This document shows, piece after piece, positions 10,327-21,189 of a stretch of DNA of 64,000 nucleotides (positions within the stretch are counted from its first letter, which is position 1; every line of letters begins with the position of its first letter). Source of the stretch: Chloroflexota bacterium. GTDB taxonomy: Bacteria > Chloroflexota > Dehalococcoidia > E44-bin15. Position numbers and translations under genes: made by a program. Below the pieces are notes generated by a model that was given only the letters and a program-made list of their open reading frames with translations, did not search any database and had not been told where the DNA came from. The stretch covers positions 2,109 through 66,108 of the forward strand of contig JAUVVB010000010.1 of NCBI GenBank assembly GCA_030604825.1, read 5' to 3'.

Positions 10327-12222
10327 CTAAACCTCGCGGAACTCGCCCTCCACCGTCCCCTCCTCCGGTGGCTTCTCTCCGGGTGGCTCCTCGCCGGGGG
10401 CCTCCCCACTGGGCGGGGGCTGCGCCTGATAGACGGCAGCGCCCACCCTCTGCAATGCCTCGGATAGCTCCTGCATGATGCGCCGCACCTCGTTTATATC
10501 GCCGCTCTGAAGGGCCGAGCGCAGGGCGGCGATCTTCTCCTCCGCCTGCTGCCTGAGGTCGGCGGGCACCTTATCGCCGTGCTCGCGGAGGGTCTTCTCC
10601 GCCGTATAGGCCAGGGTATCAGCAGCGTTCCTGGTCTCCACCTCCTCCCGCCTCCTCCGGTCCTCCTCGGCATAGGTCTCCGCATCCCGCTGCATCCGCT
10701 CCACCTCCTCCCTGGAAAGGCCGCTGGAGGCAGTGATCACGATCTTCTGCTCCTTCCCCGTCCCTTTATCGTGAGCCTTGACGCTAACGATGCCATTGGC
10801 ATCGATGTCGAAGGCGACCTCGATCTGGGGGACGCCCCGGGGGGCGGGGATGACACCATCCAGCATAAACCGCCCTAATGTCTTGTTATCCGCAGCCATG
10901 GCCCTCTCCCCCTGGAGCACGTGGATATCCACGCTGGTCTGGTTATCGGCAGCGGTGCTGAAGAGCTGGCCCTTGGAGGTGGGGATGGTGGTATTCCGGG
11001 GTATGAGCGTGGTCATCACCCCACCCAGGGTCTCGATGCCCAGGGTAAGCGGGGTTACATCCAGCAACAGCACGTCCCTCACCTCCCCCTTGAGCACGGC
11101 AGCCTGGATGGCGGCACCCATAGCCACCACCTCATCAGGGTTAACCCCCTTAGAGGGCTCCCTGCCAAATAGCTCCTTCACCTTCTGCTGCACCAGGGGC
11201 ATGCGGGTCTGCCCCCCTACCAGGATAACCTCATCGATCTGAGCCGGGGTTAACCCCGCATCCTCCAGCGCCTGATGACAGGGACCAATGGTCTGCTCCA
11301 CCAGGTCGCCCACCAGCTGTTCCAGCTTGGCCCGGGTCAGGGTTATGTTGAGGTGCTTCGGCCCGCTGGCATCGGCAGTGATGAAGGGGAGGTTAATATC
11401 CGTCTGCAGCGTGGTGGAGAGCTCGCACTTCGCCTTCTCCGCCCCCTCCTTCAGCCGCTGCAGCGCCATGCGATCCTGCCTCAGATCGATCCCCTGATCC
11501 TTCTTGAACTCGTCGCAAAGCCACTCGATGACCCTCTGGTCGAAGTCATCCCCCCCGAGATGGGTGTCGCCGCTGGTGGATTTCACCTGGAAGGTGCCCT
11601 CTCCCAACTCCAGGATGGATATATCGAAGGTGCCGCCACCGAGGTCGAAAACGGCGATGGTCTGCTCCTTCTTCTTATCCGCACCATAGGCCAGAGAGGC
11701 AGCGGTGGGCTCATTGATTATCCTGAGCACCTCAAGCCCGGCGATCTTGCCCGCATCCTTGGTCGCCTGTCGCTGGCTATCGTTGAAATAGGCGGGAACG
11801 GTGACCACCGCCTCGGTCACCTTATCGCCCAGATAGGCCTCAGCATCCGTCTTCATCTTCTGCAAGATCATCGCCGATATCTCAGCAGGGCTATAATCCC
11901 TATCACCCATAACCACCTTAGCGTCGCCATTGGGTGCCTGGGCTATCTTAAAGGGGAGGATCTTCTTATCCCGCTCCACCTCGGGGGCGTCGAACTTTCG
12001 CCCCATGAGGCGCTTGATGCTGAATATGGTATTATCGGGGTTGGTTATTGCCTGCCGCTTGGCCACCTGACCGGTGAGCCGCTCCCCCGACTTGCTCATC
12101 GCCACCATCGAAGGAGTCACCCGCCCTCCCTCGGCGCTGGGGATCACCACCGACTCCCCCGCCTCTATCACCGCCACACAGCTATTGGTGGTTCCCAGAT
12201 CGATGCCTATTGCCTTTGCCAT
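10327..12222 (-). CDS. dnaK: chaperone DnaK (Hsp70)
   Basis: [32 protein letters not shown]. Confidence 0.98.
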   Translation of the reverse strand: MAKAIGIDLGTTNSCVAVIEAGESVVIPSAEGGRVTPSMVAMSKSGERLTGQVAKRQAITNPDNTIFSIKRLMGRKFDAPEVERDKKILPFKIAQAPNGDAKVVMGDRDYSPAEISAMILQKMKTDAEAYLGDKVTEAVVTVPAYFNDSQRQATKDAGKIAGLEVLRIINEPTAASLAYGADKKKEQTIAVFDLGGGTFDISILELGEGTFQVKSTSGDTHLGGDDFDQRVIEWLCDEFKKDQGIDLRQDRMALQRLKEGAEKAKCELSTTLQTDINLPFITADASGPKHLNITLTRAKLEQLVGDLVEQTIGPCHQALEDAGLTPAQIDEVILVGGQTRMPLVQQKVKELFGREPSKGVNPDEVVAMGAAIQAAVLKGEVRDVLLLDVTPLTLGIETLGGVMTTLIPRNTTIPTSKGQLFSTAADNQTSVDIHVLQGERAMAADNKTLGRFMLDGVIPAPRGVPQIEVAFDIDANGIVSVKAHDKGTGKEQKIVITASSGLSREEVERMQRDAETYAEEDRRRREEVETRNAADTLAYTAEKTLREHGDKVPADLRQQAEEKIAALRSALQSGDINEVRRIMQELSEALQRVGAAVYQAQPPPSGEAPGEEPPGEKPPEEGTVEGEFREV

Positions 12223-12224
12223 CT

Positions 12225-12788
12225 CTATCCTCCCGCTTCATTCTCCTTGATGGCTTCTTCCTTGCCCTTGCCCACCTTTACCAGGGCGGGGCGAAGCACC
12301 CGCTCATGCAGCTTGTAGCCCTTCTGCAGCTCCTCGATGACCTTCCCTTCCTCCCCCTCACCATAGAGCACCGCCTCATGAAGGCTGGGGGCGAAGGGCT
12401 CGCCAAGGGCCTTGATCTCGCTCACCCCATGTACTTCCAGTATCGCCTGAAGCTTGCGCTGGATAAGCCGGATGCCATCCACCCAGGTGAGGCCGGCAAG
12501 CTTTTCCGAGACGCTCTCCAGGGCACGCTCCAAATCATCAAGCACCGGGAGCAGGTTCAAGATCAGCGTGGAATTGGCAAACTTGACCATCTCCTCTCGC
12601 TCCTGCTCAACGCGCCTCTTGTAGTTTATGAAATCCGCCTGGGCCCTCTGCCAGTTGGCAAGATAGTCCTCCGCCTTAGCCCTTTCCTCCTCAAGCGCCT
12701 TCTTGAGCGAGGGCACATCCTCCCCTACAACCGCCTCCGGGGCCGCCGGAATCTCCTCAGGGCTAAGCTCCTTCTCCTCTTCTTCCAA
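12225..12788 (-). CDS. grpE: nucleotide exchange factor GrpE
   Basis: [37 protein letters not shown]; probable TTG start at 12788 after GGGGG. Confidence 0.93.
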   Translation of the reverse strand: MEEEEKELSPEEIPAAPEAVVGEDVPSLKKALEEERAKAEDYLANWQRAQADFINYKRRVEQEREEMVKFANSTLILNLLPVLDDLERALESVSEKLAGLTWVDGIRLIQRKLQAILEVHGVSEIKALGEPFAPSLHEAVLYGEGEEGKVIEELQKGYKLHERVLRPALVKVGKGKEEAIKENEAGG

Positions 12789-12813
12789 ATCATACCCCCA
12801 AAAGGAATTATTG

Positions 12814-13851
12814 CTACCCCCGGAAGCGGGATTGACCCTCGCCATAAAGCTCCCCAACCAGGTAGCTCATCAACGAACCCATGTAGCGCACCACAGAGAT
12901 GGACCGCTCATATTGCATCCGAGTGGGACCCACCACCCCCAGGGCACCACCGACCTCACCTGGAACGCCATATCGGGTGATAACCATGCTGCACTCCCGC
13001 ATGGCATCCTCCCTATTCTCCGCCCCAATAATAACCTGGACCCCTTCCCCAGCAAGAACCCCAGGTAGGATAGACCTCACCAGCCTCCTGCTCTCCAAAA
13101 CCTCCATAAGGCTCAGCATCTTCTCGCTTTGGGCAAACTCTGGCTGAACCAAAATATGGGATAGCCCCTCAATATGGGGTTCCTCATACCTCTGCTCATC
13201 CTCCCCTTCCATGACGTGCACTACCGCCTTCCTCACCCTCTCCTCAGCAGGGGAAAGCTCCACGCCCCTTGAGGCAATCTCCGACCTGGTCAAACCGCCA
13301 AAGATGGCATTAAGTCTATTGGCGATAAAGGTAAGCCCCTCCTGCGATATCGCCTCATCGAAGCTCACCAGCTGCTGTTTGAGCCTGGTCTCGCCGAGGA
13401 GGACGATGAGCAGGGCAAGGAAATCCTGTACCGCCACCAGTTCCAGGTGCTTCAGCCTGGACTCCACCGCCTTGGGGGAGGTAACGATAGCCATGTTGCG
13501 AACCATTCGTGCCAGCAAAGAGGCAGCGAGGCGGGTCCATTGCTCCAGCTCCGCCTCCACCTGGTGGAAGAGATGGGAGATCATGCGCTGCTCCTCCAGC
13601 GGCACCTCCCCTCCCCCCGCCAGGGACTGCACATAATATCGGTAGCCCTTGTCCGAGGGGACACCTCCCCCCGAGGCATGGCGGCGGATGATATAGCCAT
13701 CCTCCTCAAGCCATGCCATCTCGTTTCGGATAGTGGCCGCACTTACCCCAAGCCCCTTTCGGGCGATGGTCTCCGAGGCTACGGGGCTCGCCCTGGAAAT
13801 GTATTCGCCCACGATGATGCTGAGGACTTTCTCCTTCCTTTCCGAGAGCAT
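12814..13851 (-). CDS. hrcA: heat-inducible transcription repressor HrcA
   Basis: VSAATIRNEMA.LEE.GYI, PSDKGYRYYV, GPTRMQY; CIRCE immediately upstream. Confidence 0.96.
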   Translation of the reverse strand: MLSERKEKVLSIIVGEYISRASPVASETIARKGLGVSAATIRNEMAWLEEDGYIIRRHASGGGVPSDKGYRYYVQSLAGGGEVPLEEQRMISHLFHQVEAELEQWTRLAASLLARMVRNMAIVTSPKAVESRLKHLELVAVQDFLALLIVLLGETRLKQQLVSFDEAISQEGLTFIANRLNAIFGGLTRSEIASRGVELSPAEERVRKAVVHVMEGEDEQRYEEPHIEGLSHILVQPEFAQSEKMLSLMEVLESRRLVRSILPGVLAGEGVQVIIGAENREDAMRECSMVITRYGVPGEVGGALGVVGPTRMQYERSISVVRYMGSLMSYLVGELYGEGQSRFRG

Positions 13852-13863
13852 CGCCAACCCCAA

Positions 13864-13890
13864 TTAGCACTCTCAAGATGAGAGTGCTAA
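13864..13890. promoter_or_regulatory. CIRCE operator (HrcA binding site)
   Basis: TTAGCACTC-tcaagatga-GAGTGCTAA, perfect consensus. Confidence 0.98.
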
Positions 13891-13894
13891 TCTA

Positions 13895-13957
13895 ATTTAA
13901 TACCCCGTTATTCCCTTTGTCAAGGGGGTTGACCGACCAGCTTCTCTTTGTTATACT
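13895..13957. promoter_or_regulatory. divergent sigma70 promoters for hrcA (-) and fabH (+)
   Basis: Minus TTGACA(13918-23)-17-TTAAAT; plus TTGACC(13929-34)-17-TATACT with extended TG. Confidence 0.65.
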
Positions 13958-14011
13958 TTCCAAATATTGTCAAGCCTGAAGGATGAAATACAAGGCTGAA
14001 GGAGGCGAGGC

Positions 14012-15010
14012 TTGGCAGCTTATGGGCTGATTACTGGCTGGGGAAAGTATCTTCCCCGAAGGGTGCTCACCAATGAAGAACTGGAGAAAATGGTGGACAC
14101 CTCCGACGAGTGGATCGCCAGCCGCACCGGCATCAGGGAGCGACGCATCGTGGCGGATGATGAGACGGTATCCACCATGGCGGTGGAGGCAGGAAAGCGG
14201 GCCCTTGAGGTTGCCCATCTTGCGCCCAGCTCCCTGGACCTGATCATCGTGGGCACCAATAGTCCCGACAGGCTAGTCCCGGGCTCAGCCTTCCTGGTGC
14301 AGCATGCCATCGGCGCCACCAAGGCGGCTGCCTTCGATATAGCTGCCGGCTGCAGCAGCTTCATCCACGCCCTGGCAACCGCCTATCAGTTCATCTCCTC
14401 AGGGGCTTATGAGAACATCCTGGTGGTGGGAAGCGATGCTGTAAGCCGCTATATCAACTGGGAGGACCGCGGCACCTGCATCCTCTTCGGCGATGGCGCC
14501 GGGGCGGTGGTGGTGCAGGCAAAGGGCGTGGCTAGCGATATGCTTCAATTTTTGCTGGGGAGCGACGGGGGAGGAGCCGATCTCCTCTACGTGCCCGGGG
14601 TTTGCGACCGGACAACGGGAACGCCCCCAAATGGGCACCACGTCATTATGGAAGGGAGAGAGGTATTCAAGTTCGCGGTCACCACTATGGCTGAGGCCTC
14701 CAGGCAGGTGGTGAAGGACGCTGGCCTTCAGATATCCGATATCGACCTCTTTATTCCCCACCAGGCAAACGACCGCATCATCCAGGCGGCAGCAAGGTCG
14801 CTGGGCATCCCCAGCGAAAAGGTCTTCGTCAATCTGGAACACTATGGCAACCTATCTGCGGCATCCCCCGCAGTGGCCCTTTGTGAGGCGGTGGAGCAGG
14901 GAAGGCTAAAGGCGGGGGATCTGGTTATTCTGGTAGCCTTTGGCGCCGGCCTATCCTGGGCCGCCATGGTGCTCAGGTGGCAGCCCTTAGCTAGCAAGGA
15001 GAAAGTATGA
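14012..15010 (+). CDS. fabH: beta-ketoacyl-ACP synthase III
   Basis: DEWIASRTGIRERR, AAGCSSF (catalytic Cys), LFGDGAGA, PHQAN, YGN. Confidence 0.93.
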   Translation: MAAYGLITGWGKYLPRRVLTNEELEKMVDTSDEWIASRTGIRERRIVADDETVSTMAVEAGKRALEVAHLAPSSLDLIIVGTNSPDRLVPGSAFLVQHAIGATKAAAFDIAAGCSSFIHALATAYQFISSGAYENILVVGSDAVSRYINWEDRGTCILFGDGAGAVVVQAKGVASDMLQFLLGSDGGGADLLYVPGVCDRTTGTPPNGHHVIMEGREVFKFAVTTMAEASRQVVKDAGLQISDIDLFIPHQANDRIIQAAARSLGIPSEKVFVNLEHYGNLSAASPAVALCEAVEQGRLKAGDLVILVAFGAGLSWAAMVLRWQPLASKEKV

Positions 15011-15585
15011 AGCAAGCGAAAGCAATTACCATGATGGATGCCATCTTCCCCAACGCCACCCTGGTGCGCGATCTACTTCTCGTCCTCGGCTTCAGTACCC
15101 TGACCGCTCTCTCCGCCCAGATCGCCTTCTATATCGGTCTTGTTCCCATTACGGGGCAGACCTTTGCCGTGCTGCTTGCCGGGGCACTCTTGGGGAGTAA
15201 GCGTGGCGCGCTGAGCCAGCTTACCTACCTAGGGATGGGAGCCATGGGTGCTCCTGTATTTGCCGGATGGATGGGTGGCCCCGCCGTGCTCCTGGGCCCC
15301 ACCGGGGGATATCTCGTAGGGTTTGTGGCTGCGGCCTTCGTTGTCGGCTATCTCGCCGAGCGGGGTTGGGATCGACGCCTTTGGAGCATTGCCCTTGCCA
15401 TGCTGGCTGGAAATGCCGTCATTTACCTGTTCGGCCTCTCTTGGCTTGCCCGATTTGTGCCTGCGGGCTCGCTCCTTTCCGCAGGGCTCATCCCCTTCAT
15501 CCCCGGCGACCTGACAAAGCTGGTTGTGGCAACCATCGCCCTGCCCTCGGGGTGGGCAATCCTGAATCAACGGCGAGGTTGGTAA
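15007..15585 (+). CDS. bioY: biotin transporter BioY
   Basis: VPITGQTFAVLLAG, GPTGGYLVGF, PFIPGDL.K. Confidence 0.93.
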   Translation: MKQAKAITMMDAIFPNATLVRDLLLVLGFSTLTALSAQIAFYIGLVPITGQTFAVLLAGALLGSKRGALSQLTYLGMGAMGAPVFAGWMGGPAVLLGPTGGYLVGFVAAAFVVGYLAERGWDRRLWSIALAMLAGNAVIYLFGLSWLARFVPAGSLLSAGLIPFIPGDLTKLVVATIALPSGWAILNQRRGW

Positions 15586-15663
15586 TAAGTGGCCAGCAAA
15601 GGCTTGAAAAAGGAAAGGACAGCGATAAAGCCTGTCATCGGCCACAGCAAGTAGTTTGAAAAA

Positions 15664-16302
15664 ATGGAGATCACCTGGCTTGGCCATTCCTGCTTCAGGA
15701 TCAAGGGGCGGGATGCCACCCTGATCACCGACCCCTATGATGAGAGCATCGGCTACTCCCTGGGCAAGCCAAAGGCAAACATCGTCACCTCAAGTCATCC
15801 TCATCCCGGTCATGGCTTCGTGGCCGGAATTGGCGGCCTGCCCAAGGTGGTTCAGGGATCGGGGGAGTACGAGATTTCAGGCGTCTTCATCTCCGGCATT
15901 GCCGCCTTCCACGATAGCGAAAGGGGGAAGAGGCGAGGCAAGAACACCGTCTACCTCATCGAGATGGATGAGATCGCCCTTTGCCATCTTGGCGACCTGG
16001 GGCACGTCCTCCCCTCGGAGCTGGTGGAGGAGCTGAGCAATGTGGAGGTGCTCATGATTCCTGTGGGAGGGCTCTCCACCATCGATGCCGCACTGGCCGC
16101 CGAGATGGTGAGCCTGCTTCAGCCCAGGATCGTCATCCCCATGCACTATAAGACCGATGCGGTGCATTTCCCCTTTGAGCCGGTGAGCGCTTTTCTCAAG
16201 CAGATGGGGCTGAAGGGGGTTTCGGCCCAGCCTAAGCTATCCATAACCAAGGGAGGGCTGCCCGAGGGGACAAAGGTGGTGGTGCTGGACTACCATAGCT
16301 AG
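15664..16302 (+). CDS. MBL-fold metallo-hydrolase (Lactamase_B_3-like)
   Basis: ITWLGHSCF, SHPHPGH (variant of HxHxDH), HLGDLG, IPMHY. Confidence 0.85.
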   Translation: MEITWLGHSCFRIKGRDATLITDPYDESIGYSLGKPKANIVTSSHPHPGHGFVAGIGGLPKVVQGSGEYEISGVFISGIAAFHDSERGKRRGKNTVYLIEMDEIALCHLGDLGHVLPSELVEELSNVEVLMIPVGGLSTIDAALAAEMVSLLQPRIVIPMHYKTDAVHFPFEPVSAFLKQMGLKGVSAQPKLSITKGGLPEGTKVVVLDYHS

Positions 16303-16365
16303 TTCTTTCCCGCCCACCCTGATAGGTTTTATTCAGGGGGCTTGTGCCCCCAAAGCATTCAGGGC

Positions 16366-16407
16366 AAAAAAGCGCCCCGGAGGTTTTTGGCCTTCGGGGC
16401 GCTCTTT
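16366..16407 (-). terminator. intrinsic terminator downstream of the surface protein gene (possibly bidirectional)
   Basis: aaaaaagcgccccggagg-ttttt-ggccttcggggcgctcttt inverted repeat. Confidence 0.8.
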
Positions 16408-16424
16408 ATGTCACTTACCGGCGA

Positions 16425-19400
16425 TCACACCGCGCGCCTCGTCCTCACGATGAGAACGATAACCGCAACCGCCAGTACCGCGCCAAGGCCGATCAGTATC
16501 CAGATCCAGTAGGGGATCGGCGGCGGCGGCAGTCCAGTGGTGAAGCCAGCAGAGGCCCACGCCGTGGTTGAACCGTCATGAGCGCGCACCCTCCAGAAGT
16601 ACTGGGTGCCCTCCTCCAGGTCATCAGTAGGCGTGTAGGTCTGCTGATTGCCTAGGCTGGCGTCAACCACCTTGTCGGTGAAGCCAGCGTCGGTAGCCAA
16701 CTGGAAGTCGTAGCCGGTCATACCCTCTACCGGTGTCCAGCTAAAGGTCGGCTTCAGCGGTTGATTGGTCGCGCCCCCTGGCGGACCGGTAAGGTCAGGC
16801 ATGGGCGGTGCCACGCCAGGCCCGGTGGTGAAGGACTGAACCTCCGACCATGGACCAACGGCCGATGCCGTCCCCAGGACGGTGTTGTTCACCCTCATCC
16901 GCCAGTAGAAGGTCTTGTCGGACAGGAATGTGGCAGCCAACGTCCAACTGGTGGCGGGGGCGTTTACGGTGGTCCGCGTGAAGTTCATCATGCCGGGGTC
17001 GGTGTCCCAGTCGAGGTCATACCCCAGAGCGGCAGGAACTGACTCCCACTCGAAGGTGACATCGTACGCCGGTATGCCAATAGGCACGCCGGTGATTACA
17101 CCAACGCCCGTTGCCCCATCAGCAGGCGCTATCAGATCAGGAGCCGGCACCACGCCCGGGGTTAGGGTATCGGTGTACTCCAGCACCTTGTCCACGATCA
17201 TGCCCGCCACATAGACGTTCGCCGTGTCCACAGTGAACAGGGTGTAGGAGCTGCCCTCCACTCCCCTCAGCAGCGCCAGGGTGGGAGCATTGGCTATAGG
17301 GGCAAACCCCTGGGTCACCCGGAAGAACGCGGGCTGAGTGCCCAGGATGACCGGGGAGATTCCGGGCTCGATGGAGCGCAGCACACCACCTGCAGGCGGT
17401 GCAACGACCCATGCTGCCGGGTCAGCCACATAGAGCGCGCCATCGCCGCTCATCGCTATGCCTATAGCAGGCGCGGGCGCAGCCGAGATGTGCGCCTTGG
17501 AGGTGCCCACGAACCGCCACACCTGCCCCACAGCGCCACCACCGCCAATGTAAACCGTCGCATTGGTGGCATAATCGGGGTCAAAGGCGATCCACTGCAC
17601 GCTCCCTGCTCCCTCGCCACTGATGGAACCAAACAGGCTTATGGCCATGGTGGAGGTATCGGTGATCTTCATCAGCACGCCGGTGCCCGAGCAGACGATG
17701 TCGCCGTTGGGACCCTGCTCCATCTCCATCACACCAACGCCCGAGTTGCCGATGACGGGCCAGGTGCTGCCGGCGTCGGTGCTCCTGCCCACCGAGGTGC
17801 CACTGGAAACATAGAGCGTGGTGGCGTCCTCAACAATCATGTCCGAGAACCCCGCAAGCGCACCGAGAAGGGTCTTCTGCAAGAAGAAGTCGCCGCCATT
17901 GTTGGACACCCTTATCCGGTTGCCGGCACCGCCAGGCTCGCCCCAGTAAATCGTAGAATCGGTGGCATACTCGGGGCTGACCCTGACCAGGGCGTTGTTG
18001 TTGTTGGTCACCATCACGTCTATGCGCTCCCAGTAGACATGCATTATGTAGTCGCTGCGCCACAGGCTGTCAAAGCCTGCACCAAAGGTCTGGCAGGTGG
18101 CGATGAAGAGCATGTTGTCGTTGGCATAGTCGGGCGAAGGCCACACGTCCATGATGCCCGTATTGATCAGGGTGTCGATGAGGGACACCTGGTTCCAGCT
18201 AACGCAGCTATCCTGGGTCCAGGAAAGGGCGCTCTCATCGCTCACACCACCGCCCGTGCCGCAGTAGGCCAGGCCGGTGGTGAGGAAGTCAGGGCTCAGA
18301 GCCACCAAGGCCAGGCCGCTAGCGCCTGTTGGCAGCTTGTTGGGCCCAGACCACCACGGGGGAGACCCCCACGGCTGGGTGGTATAAACCACATTGGCAT
18401 AGGGTGCCGTGGCACTGGCTGCCGTGTCGCCCACGATGAGGGCAGCGCTTCCGCCAATGGTGCCCACGAAGTCAAGGCTGTTAACGCCGGTGACGCCAGA
18501 GACCAGCGCCGTCGCGCCAACGTTCCTCACCCGCCAGGCATCGTTATTGGCAGCAAGAGCTGCACCAGCGGTGCCCACGAAGGCGACCTGCGAGCCGCCC
18601 AGCAGACCGTTGAAGTCCTCGGGCAATGCTATGGTCGCGGAGGTGACAGGCTGGGCGAAAAGCACAATGGGCCACGCTGCTCCAAACCCGCCAGCAGCAT
18701 CCCAGTTACCCGGCGCTGCCACAGCCACACGGCCATCGCCCAGATGCACCTGGGTAGCAGCAGCGACGCTGCCCGCAGCAACGATGGTGAAGTCGGTGCT
18801 GTAGTTGGACGAGAAGGCCACTGCGTAGACATCCTCATTGGCAACACCGCCGAAATTCTGCCCTGACCAGCTCAGGTTGGGCGGCGCGCCCCAGCCCCAG
18901 ATGTAGACGCCGTTGGTCTCAGCGAAGAGGCCGGTGCCATCGGCCACACCGATAACGATGGGGTGTGTGCCACTCAGCACTGGCCCCACATCGATGGAGG
19001 TGATCACATCCGTGGCTGCACCGGCAATCGTAGTGGCAGTGCCCAGGGCGGACCAGGTTCCGCCGGCATCGTTGGATGCCCATATGGTAATGCCATCGGT
19101 GACCACTATGTAGTTGGCATCATCGGGGGCCACCGCAATCATCCCAGCAGCGGCGAGACCTGGATTGCTGAGCGTCGTCCAGTTCCGCCCGCCATTAGTC
19201 GACCGCATCACCTCAATGAAGGGGGCGACGGCGGCATTCGTGCCCGTGGTATAGATCACCTTGTCGGTGTCAAAGTTGGGGGAAAGGGCAAGGTCGTCGA
19301 CATCGCCCATTATGTATATCCCCCTGCCCAGGGGCTGCGGCGTTATCACCGTTGCCCAGGAGAGGTCACCCGCCTCGGCGGGCTTGGCCGGAGCCGCTAC

Positions 19401-19469
19401 CACAGCCAGGCTCAGCACCAGGACCAGTGCCATCAGCGCCATTACTATGCTGGGTAGTTTTCCTTTCAT
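16425..19469 (-). CDS. large secreted surface / S-layer-like protein (BNR/Asp-box propeller + FN3-like domains, C-terminal TM anchor)
   Basis: Signal peptide; SxxGGxxW repeats (STNGGRNW, SNDAGGTW, STDAGSTW); FN3-like YWRMRV/YFWRVRA; PPPP-TM-RTRR tail. Confidence 0.8.
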   Translation of the reverse strand: MKGKLPSIVMALMALVLVLSLAVVAAPAKPAEAGDLSWATVITPQPLGRGIYIMGDVDDLALSPNFDTDKVIYTTGTNAAVAPFIEVMRSTNGGRNWTTLSNPGLAAAGMIAVAPDDANYIVVTDGITIWASNDAGGTWSALGTATTIAGAATDVITSIDVGPVLSGTHPIVIGVADGTGLFAETNGVYIWGWGAPPNLSWSGQNFGGVANEDVYAVAFSSNYSTDFTIVAAGSVAAATQVHLGDGRVAVAAPGNWDAAGGFGAAWPIVLFAQPVTSATIALPEDFNGLLGGSQVAFVGTAGAALAANNDAWRVRNVGATALVSGVTGVNSLDFVGTIGGSAALIVGDTAASATAPYANVVYTTQPWGSPPWWSGPNKLPTGASGLALVALSPDFLTTGLAYCGTGGGVSDESALSWTQDSCVSWNQVSLIDTLINTGIMDVWPSPDYANDNMLFIATCQTFGAGFDSLWRSDYIMHVYWERIDVMVTNNNNALVRVSPEYATDSTIYWGEPGGAGNRIRVSNNGGDFFLQKTLLGALAGFSDMIVEDATTLYVSSGTSVGRSTDAGSTWPVIGNSGVGVMEMEQGPNGDIVCSGTGVLMKITDTSTMAISLFGSISGEGAGSVQWIAFDPDYATNATVYIGGGGAVGQVWRFVGTSKAHISAAPAPAIGIAMSGDGALYVADPAAWVVAPPAGGVLRSIEPGISPVILGTQPAFFRVTQGFAPIANAPTLALLRGVEGSSYTLFTVDTANVYVAGMIVDKVLEYTDTLTPGVVPAPDLIAPADGATGVGVITGVPIGIPAYDVTFEWESVPAALGYDLDWDTDPGMMNFTRTTVNAPATSWTLAATFLSDKTFYWRMRVNNTVLGTASAVGPWSEVQSFTTGPGVAPPMPDLTGPPGGATNQPLKPTFSWTPVEGMTGYDFQLATDAGFTDKVVDASLGNQQTYTPTDDLEEGTQYFWRVRAHDGSTTAWASAGFTTGLPPPPIPYWIWILIGLGAVLAVAVIVLIVRTRRAV

Positions 19470-19671
19470 CTATTCTCCTTCCTATTTCAGGTAGTTAAAC
19501 CCTTTCGGGCTTTTTGACTGTCATGGGTCGGCATTTCCTTCAAGCTATCTCATCTATCACCCCCTTTCACTGCGATTCCCTCCTCCAGAATAGGCCCTCC
19601 TTTCGCGTCGAGCCCAAGCCTACGAAGGGTTTCACCTATTTACCACATATCGCTTTATCTGTCAACCCCAC

Positions 19672-19713
19672 AAAAAGGGAAGCCCACCAAGCAAACCTCA
19701 GCTAGCTTCCCCT
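19672..19713 (-). terminator. intrinsic terminator in rho / surface-protein intergenic region
   Basis: Minus ggggaagctagc...gtgggcttccc-ttttt. Confidence 0.6.
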
Positions 19714-19920
19714 TATCTTCAAAAAGATAATGATTCCCTTTTCTCTATTTCTTGGGGTTGACACTTCTCACCGCCGCTCCATACCCTTTATATCCACCCC
19801 CAGCCAACTCTCTGCACAGATTTAGATATGTTACTACAACAATAGTAATATTGTCAATACCTGAGCTACGTTGTGTATAGTATAAAGCTATTTTCAGGTT
19901 TGTCAAGCCCCAGGGCGAGG

Positions 19921-21189
19921 TCACGTCTCCTTTGCCAGCGTGGCCAGGAACTCGGCATTATTCTTAGTCTTTGCCAATCTCTCCAACACCCTCTCCGAAG
20001 CCTCGCTGGGATTGACGGAGTTGGAGGCCACCAGGCTTGCCATGCGCCTCAGCAGCCAAACCTTCTGCATGGTGGCCTCATCCAGGAGAAGCTCCTCCCG
20101 CCGGGTGCCGCTTCTCTGGATGTCGATGGCGGGGAAGATGCGGCGATCGGCAAGGCGGCGGTCCAGGTGAAGCTCCATGTTTCCCGTCCCCTTGAACTCC
20201 TCATAGATCACCTCGTCCATGCGGCTCCCGGTATCGACGATGCAGGTGGCGATGATGGTGAGACTTCCCCCCTCCTCGGTATTGCGGGCAGCGCCGAAGA
20301 AGCGCTTTGGCGGATAGAGGGCTACGGTGTCAATTCCGCCGGAGAGGGTGCGCCCGCTGGGGGGGAGGGCAAGGTTATAGGCCCGGGTGAGGCGGGTGAT
20401 GCCATCGAGCAGGATGACCACATCCTTGCCATCCTCCACCAGCCTCTTTGCCCGCTCCAGGGCAAGCTCTGCCACCCGGGCGTGGTCATCCACCGGCTCA
20501 TCAAAGGTGGAGCTGATGACGTCCCCCTTCACCGAGCGCTGCATATCGGTGACCTCCTCGGGGCGCTCCCCGATGAGGCAAATCATGAGGTAGATATCGT
20601 TGTAGTTGGCGGTGATGCCATTGGCGATATGCTTGAGCAGCACCGTCTTACCCGCCTTGGGCGGGGAGACGATGAGGCCGCGCTGTCCGCGGCCGATGGG
20701 AGCGATGAGGTTCACCAGGCGGGTGGAGAGAGTATCCGGGGTGGTCTCCAGATTGAGGAACCTGTTGGGAAAGATGGGGGTCAGGGAATTGAAATGGGGG
20801 CGAGATTTGGCCTGCTCAGGGTCATTGCCGTTTACCGCCTCCACGCGGAGCAGGCTAAGGTATTTCTCCCCATCCTTGGGCGGTCTCACCTGCCCGGTTA
20901 CCATATCGCCGGTCCTGAGCCCGAAGCGGCGAATCTGGGACTGGGAAACGTAAATATCCCCTGGCCCCGCCCTAAGCTTATCCTGGCGCAGGAAGCCGAA
21001 GCCATCATCCATGATGTCGAGCACTCCACCGCCAAAGGTATACCCCTGAAGCTCTGCCTGGGCCTGAAGCAGCCTCATCACCAGGTCCTGCTTCTTGAGC
21101 GTGGTATGGCCCGAAATGCCCATCTCCCGGGCTATTTCCATTAGCTCCTCGCGCGTCTTGGCTTCCAGTTCTGCAATGTTTATGCTCAT
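19921..21189 (-). CDS. rho: transcription termination factor Rho
   Basis: [47 protein letters not shown]. Confidence 0.98.
   Translation of the reverse strand: MSINIAELEAKTREELMEIAREMGISGHTTLKKQDLVMRLLQAQAELQGYTFGGGVLDIMDDGFGFLRQDKLRAGPGDIYVSQSQIRRFGLRTGDMVTGQVRPPKDGEKYLSLLRVEAVNGNDPEQAKSRPHFNSLTPIFPNRFLNLETTPDTLSTRLVNLIAPIGRGQRGLIVSPPKAGKTVLLKHIANGITANYNDIYLMICLIGERPEEVTDMQRSVKGDVISSTFDEPVDDHARVAELALERAKRLVEDGKDVVILLDGITRLTRAYNLALPPSGRTLSGGIDTVALYPPKRFFGAARNTEEGGSLTIIATCIVDTGSRMDEVIYEEFKGTGNMELHLDRRLADRRIFPAIDIQRSGTRREELLLDEATMQKVWLLRRMASLVASNSVNPSEASERVLERLAKTKNNAEFLATLAKET

Noticed and set aside
14012-15585. fabH next to bioY as a BioZ-like biotin synthesis gene
   Set aside because: Canonical FabH motifs and no other bio genes in the window
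17490-21144. Long antisense ORFs (17490-18866, 19873-21144; likewise 11275-12318, 58723-60009)
   Set aside because: Mirror frames of GC-rich genes with no recognisable motifs
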